Both the position numbers and the translations under genes were made by a program. A stretch of 63,038 nucleotides of DNA, the filler included, from Pseudomonadota bacterium (lineage in GTDB: Bacteria; Bdellovibrionota_F; JAHFAK01; JBDREC01): assembly GCA_043820105.1 (NCBI GenBank). It is 5 parts of 5 records of this genome, joined end to end, with 100 filler letters (N's around TTAATTAATTAA, not from the genome) between each part and the next. Parts side by side here need not be neighbours in the genome. Positions count along the whole stretch, not along the records: positions 49,565 to 63,038 come from JBDREC010000063.1; 4 more parts are not named here. One strand, written 5' to 3'. Below, piece after piece: positions 60,742-63,038 of the stretch (position 1 is the first letter of the stretch; every line of letters begins with the position of its first letter). The notes below the pieces were generated by a model. It was not told the origin of the DNA. It searched no databases and was given only the letters and a program-made list of their open reading frames with translations.

Positions 60742-62897
60742 TTATAATTCTAAAATAGCTATTTGTGCACTAACTTCTTCCAAATCACTTTGAGCCTGAG
60801 CTAGTTCACTTTGTTTTTGTCCTAATTGGTTATTTACACTATTCAACTGACCTTGCAATGTTGCTAAGCTTGCTTCATATGAAGAAAGTTGGTTTTGTCT
60901 TTGTGTTAAGGCTGCGTTTGCTGTGCTAATTTCTGAGTTTCTAGCACTTAAGGTAGTATTTAGTGTAGATATTTCACTCTGTTTATTCGTGATTTCAGTT
61001 TGCGATAGGGTTCTTGAGGCTATAGCTGCATTGTAGTTTTCTTGGGCTGTATTATAATCAGATTGAGCGTTCGCTTTATTTATTTGAGCAAGAGATAGTG
61101 ATGTCTCATGGCTTGATTTTGTGGAATTTGCTAAACTTTTTTCATCTTGTGCTGCTGACCTTTGGGTTTCATAGTTTGCTCTTGTGCTTTCCTTGTCACT
61201 TAATTCTGTGAGATTATTTGTACGATTTGATTCAAGTGTTTCAAGTGAGGATTCTAAAGAGCTTCTTTGAGAGATTGCTAGACTTTTTAAATTTTGAGCT
61301 TCATCAAGATCTGATTGTTTTTCGGTTTTAGAATTATTTAAATTACTTATTGTTGTTTGAAGTGCATTCCTATCACTTACAGATGTGCTATAAAGAGCTG
61401 AAGCAGTATCATATGATGATTGAACACTTGTTAGTGATGCTTGAGCGCTTGTTTTGTTTTGAGCTGCTAGGTTATAATTATCTTGAGCTGAATTTAAATC
61501 GTTTTGAGCATTTGCAAGTAAATTTTCAATTGAGATAACACTTGCTTGAATTGTTGTTAATGTGCTTTGAGCATTGTTAAAAGTATCAGTAGCATTTTCT
61601 AAGTTTGTCTGAATTGTTGTTACCTGAGCTATGGCTGTATTTAATGATCTTGTTGTATTATAAAGTGTTGTGTTTGCTAAATTATATGTGCTTTGTTTTG
61701 AACTAAGGATAGCTTCAGCGCTTTCGAGTGCTGCCAGAGCTTGGGCTGGAGTGATTGCACTAAAACTAGGAGATCCTTTTACAAATAAAGAGCTAGGGAC
61801 AACAGAATTATAAGTTGATAATGCACTATTATATTGGCTTAGACTTAAGTTAAGATCAGCTTGAGCAGAGTCATAATTTGTTTGAGCAATATCATAAGCG
61901 GACTGAGCTGCATTTAAACTTGTGTTAGCACTTGCAAGATCTGTTTCATATTGAGTTTTAACATTAGTAGCATTGTTTACAGCTAAGCTAGCGGCATCTA
62001 GTTCACTTTCAGCACTTGTTAGATCACTTGTATATTGAGTAATATTATTATTGGCTATATTCATTTCACTTGCACTAGATGTCATTTGTGAGTTAGCTGC
62101 ATTAATAGCACTTGAATATGAAGTGATTTGAGAGCTATAAGCATTCTTATCAATTGTAGCTTGTGAAATTATATTGTTTTTAAGACTTAGTGAAGCTTCA
62201 TTATTCGCAATATTAATGTTTAAGGTTTCAATTTCAGCTGTTTTTGTTGTAATTGTATTGGTGTGCGTGTCTATTGTAAGGCTTAGAGCTTCAATTTCAT
62301 TTCCAGTATTAGTGATTGATGTGCTTAAACCTTCAATTTCTGAATTTAAAGAAACAATTTCATTGGTTTTTGTATCTATTAAAGTCGTGTAGTAATTTAT
62401 ATCAGAATCTGTATTGTTGATAATTAAGTCTTGCTCATCAATTAATAAACCTATGTTAATAATTTCTGTATCATATAGATTAATATCATTTTGTAGGGTT
62501 CCAAGCACATCATTCAATCCATCTAGTTGTAACTGATAGTCACTGTTTGAAAGGTTTACTGCATCAAGTTCAGTTGTTAAAATGTTGATGTTTGAATTTA
62601 TCTGATCTATCTGAGTTTGAAGATTGTTAACATTATTTGTATAGTCATTTATCTCTACAGTAATAGTTGAGATTGGATTGTTTAGGTTTGAGATTTGAAT
62701 TCCTAAATTATCTATGTTTGAATTAATGTCAAAAAGATCTAAGTTAATATTAGCTATCAAATTTTCTAAAGAGCTTTGTTGTACATATAGGCTTTGCAGA
62801 AGATCTCTATTATAAAATTTTGCTATTACTTCAAAGCTTGATTCTGAGTTAATAATTGCTGTTGCTTCACTGATTTCACTTACAGCATAATTGTCTT
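60742..62897 (-). pseudogene. long S/T/N/A-rich coiled-coil protein, 5' end cut by an IS91-like insertion
   Basis: frame stays open upstream of 62760 to the element junction; continuous heptads with a central Pro-containing turn. Confidence 0.75.
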
Positions 62898-63038
62898 ATC
62901 CGTAGGAACTTTCTGGGATAATATTCAAGTATAAAGGTTCAATTGCCACAAAAAATATAAAAACTACAACATAAAGCACATATTGAGGAGGATGTACTCA
63001 TCATCCTCAATATGTGCTTTGCAAAAGTTATGTTCATG
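62898..63038 (-). mobile_element. IS91-like element end (second copy)
   Basis: exact reverse complement of 49324-49464. Confidence 0.8.

Noticed and set aside
919-62392. Numerous short ORFs antisense to or nested in long genes
   Set aside because: Shadow frames of well-supported genes, without RBS or motifs
60742-62897. SMC protein or phage tape measure
   Set aside because: No ATPase head or hinge motifs and no phage genes nearby

Overview
This window is five contigs joined by artificial 100-bp N/TTAATTAATTAA linkers: 1-11883, 11984-15166, 15267-45297, 45398-49464 and 49565-63038. Four contigs come from an AT-rich, probably anaerobic, protease-rich diderm bacterium (buk/ptb, methionine gamma-lyase, ligA, rsmD, comF, sppA, many secreted or lipoprotein orphans). 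Contig 2 looks archaeal (TFB fragment, BRE/TATA-type promoters) and is probably contamination. Several abrupt gene-to-gene junctions suggest amplification or assembly chimeras. Mobile DNA includes RAYT transposases with terminal inverted repeats, IS21 pieces and an IS91-like element. The best candidate for an undescribed system is 50.9-60.7 kb. There, four consecutive secreted orphan genes each have their own promoter with the same architecture: a sigma-54 -24/-12 box, an IHF-like site 30-42 bp upstream, and TTTTGAAAAAAAGA 69-70 bp upstream. Their products include a ~1700-aa polymorphic-effector-like protein ending in a PP2C phosphatase and two proteins sharing a six-Cys module. Other highlights are ordered composite heptamer/octamer repeat cassettes (one translated in-frame inside an enzyme), an LFE...GCGF C-terminal sorting-like signal, an IITRxD lipoprotein repeat, and a DnaA-box hairpin in the IS21 end. 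All calls are by eye; no database searches were run.
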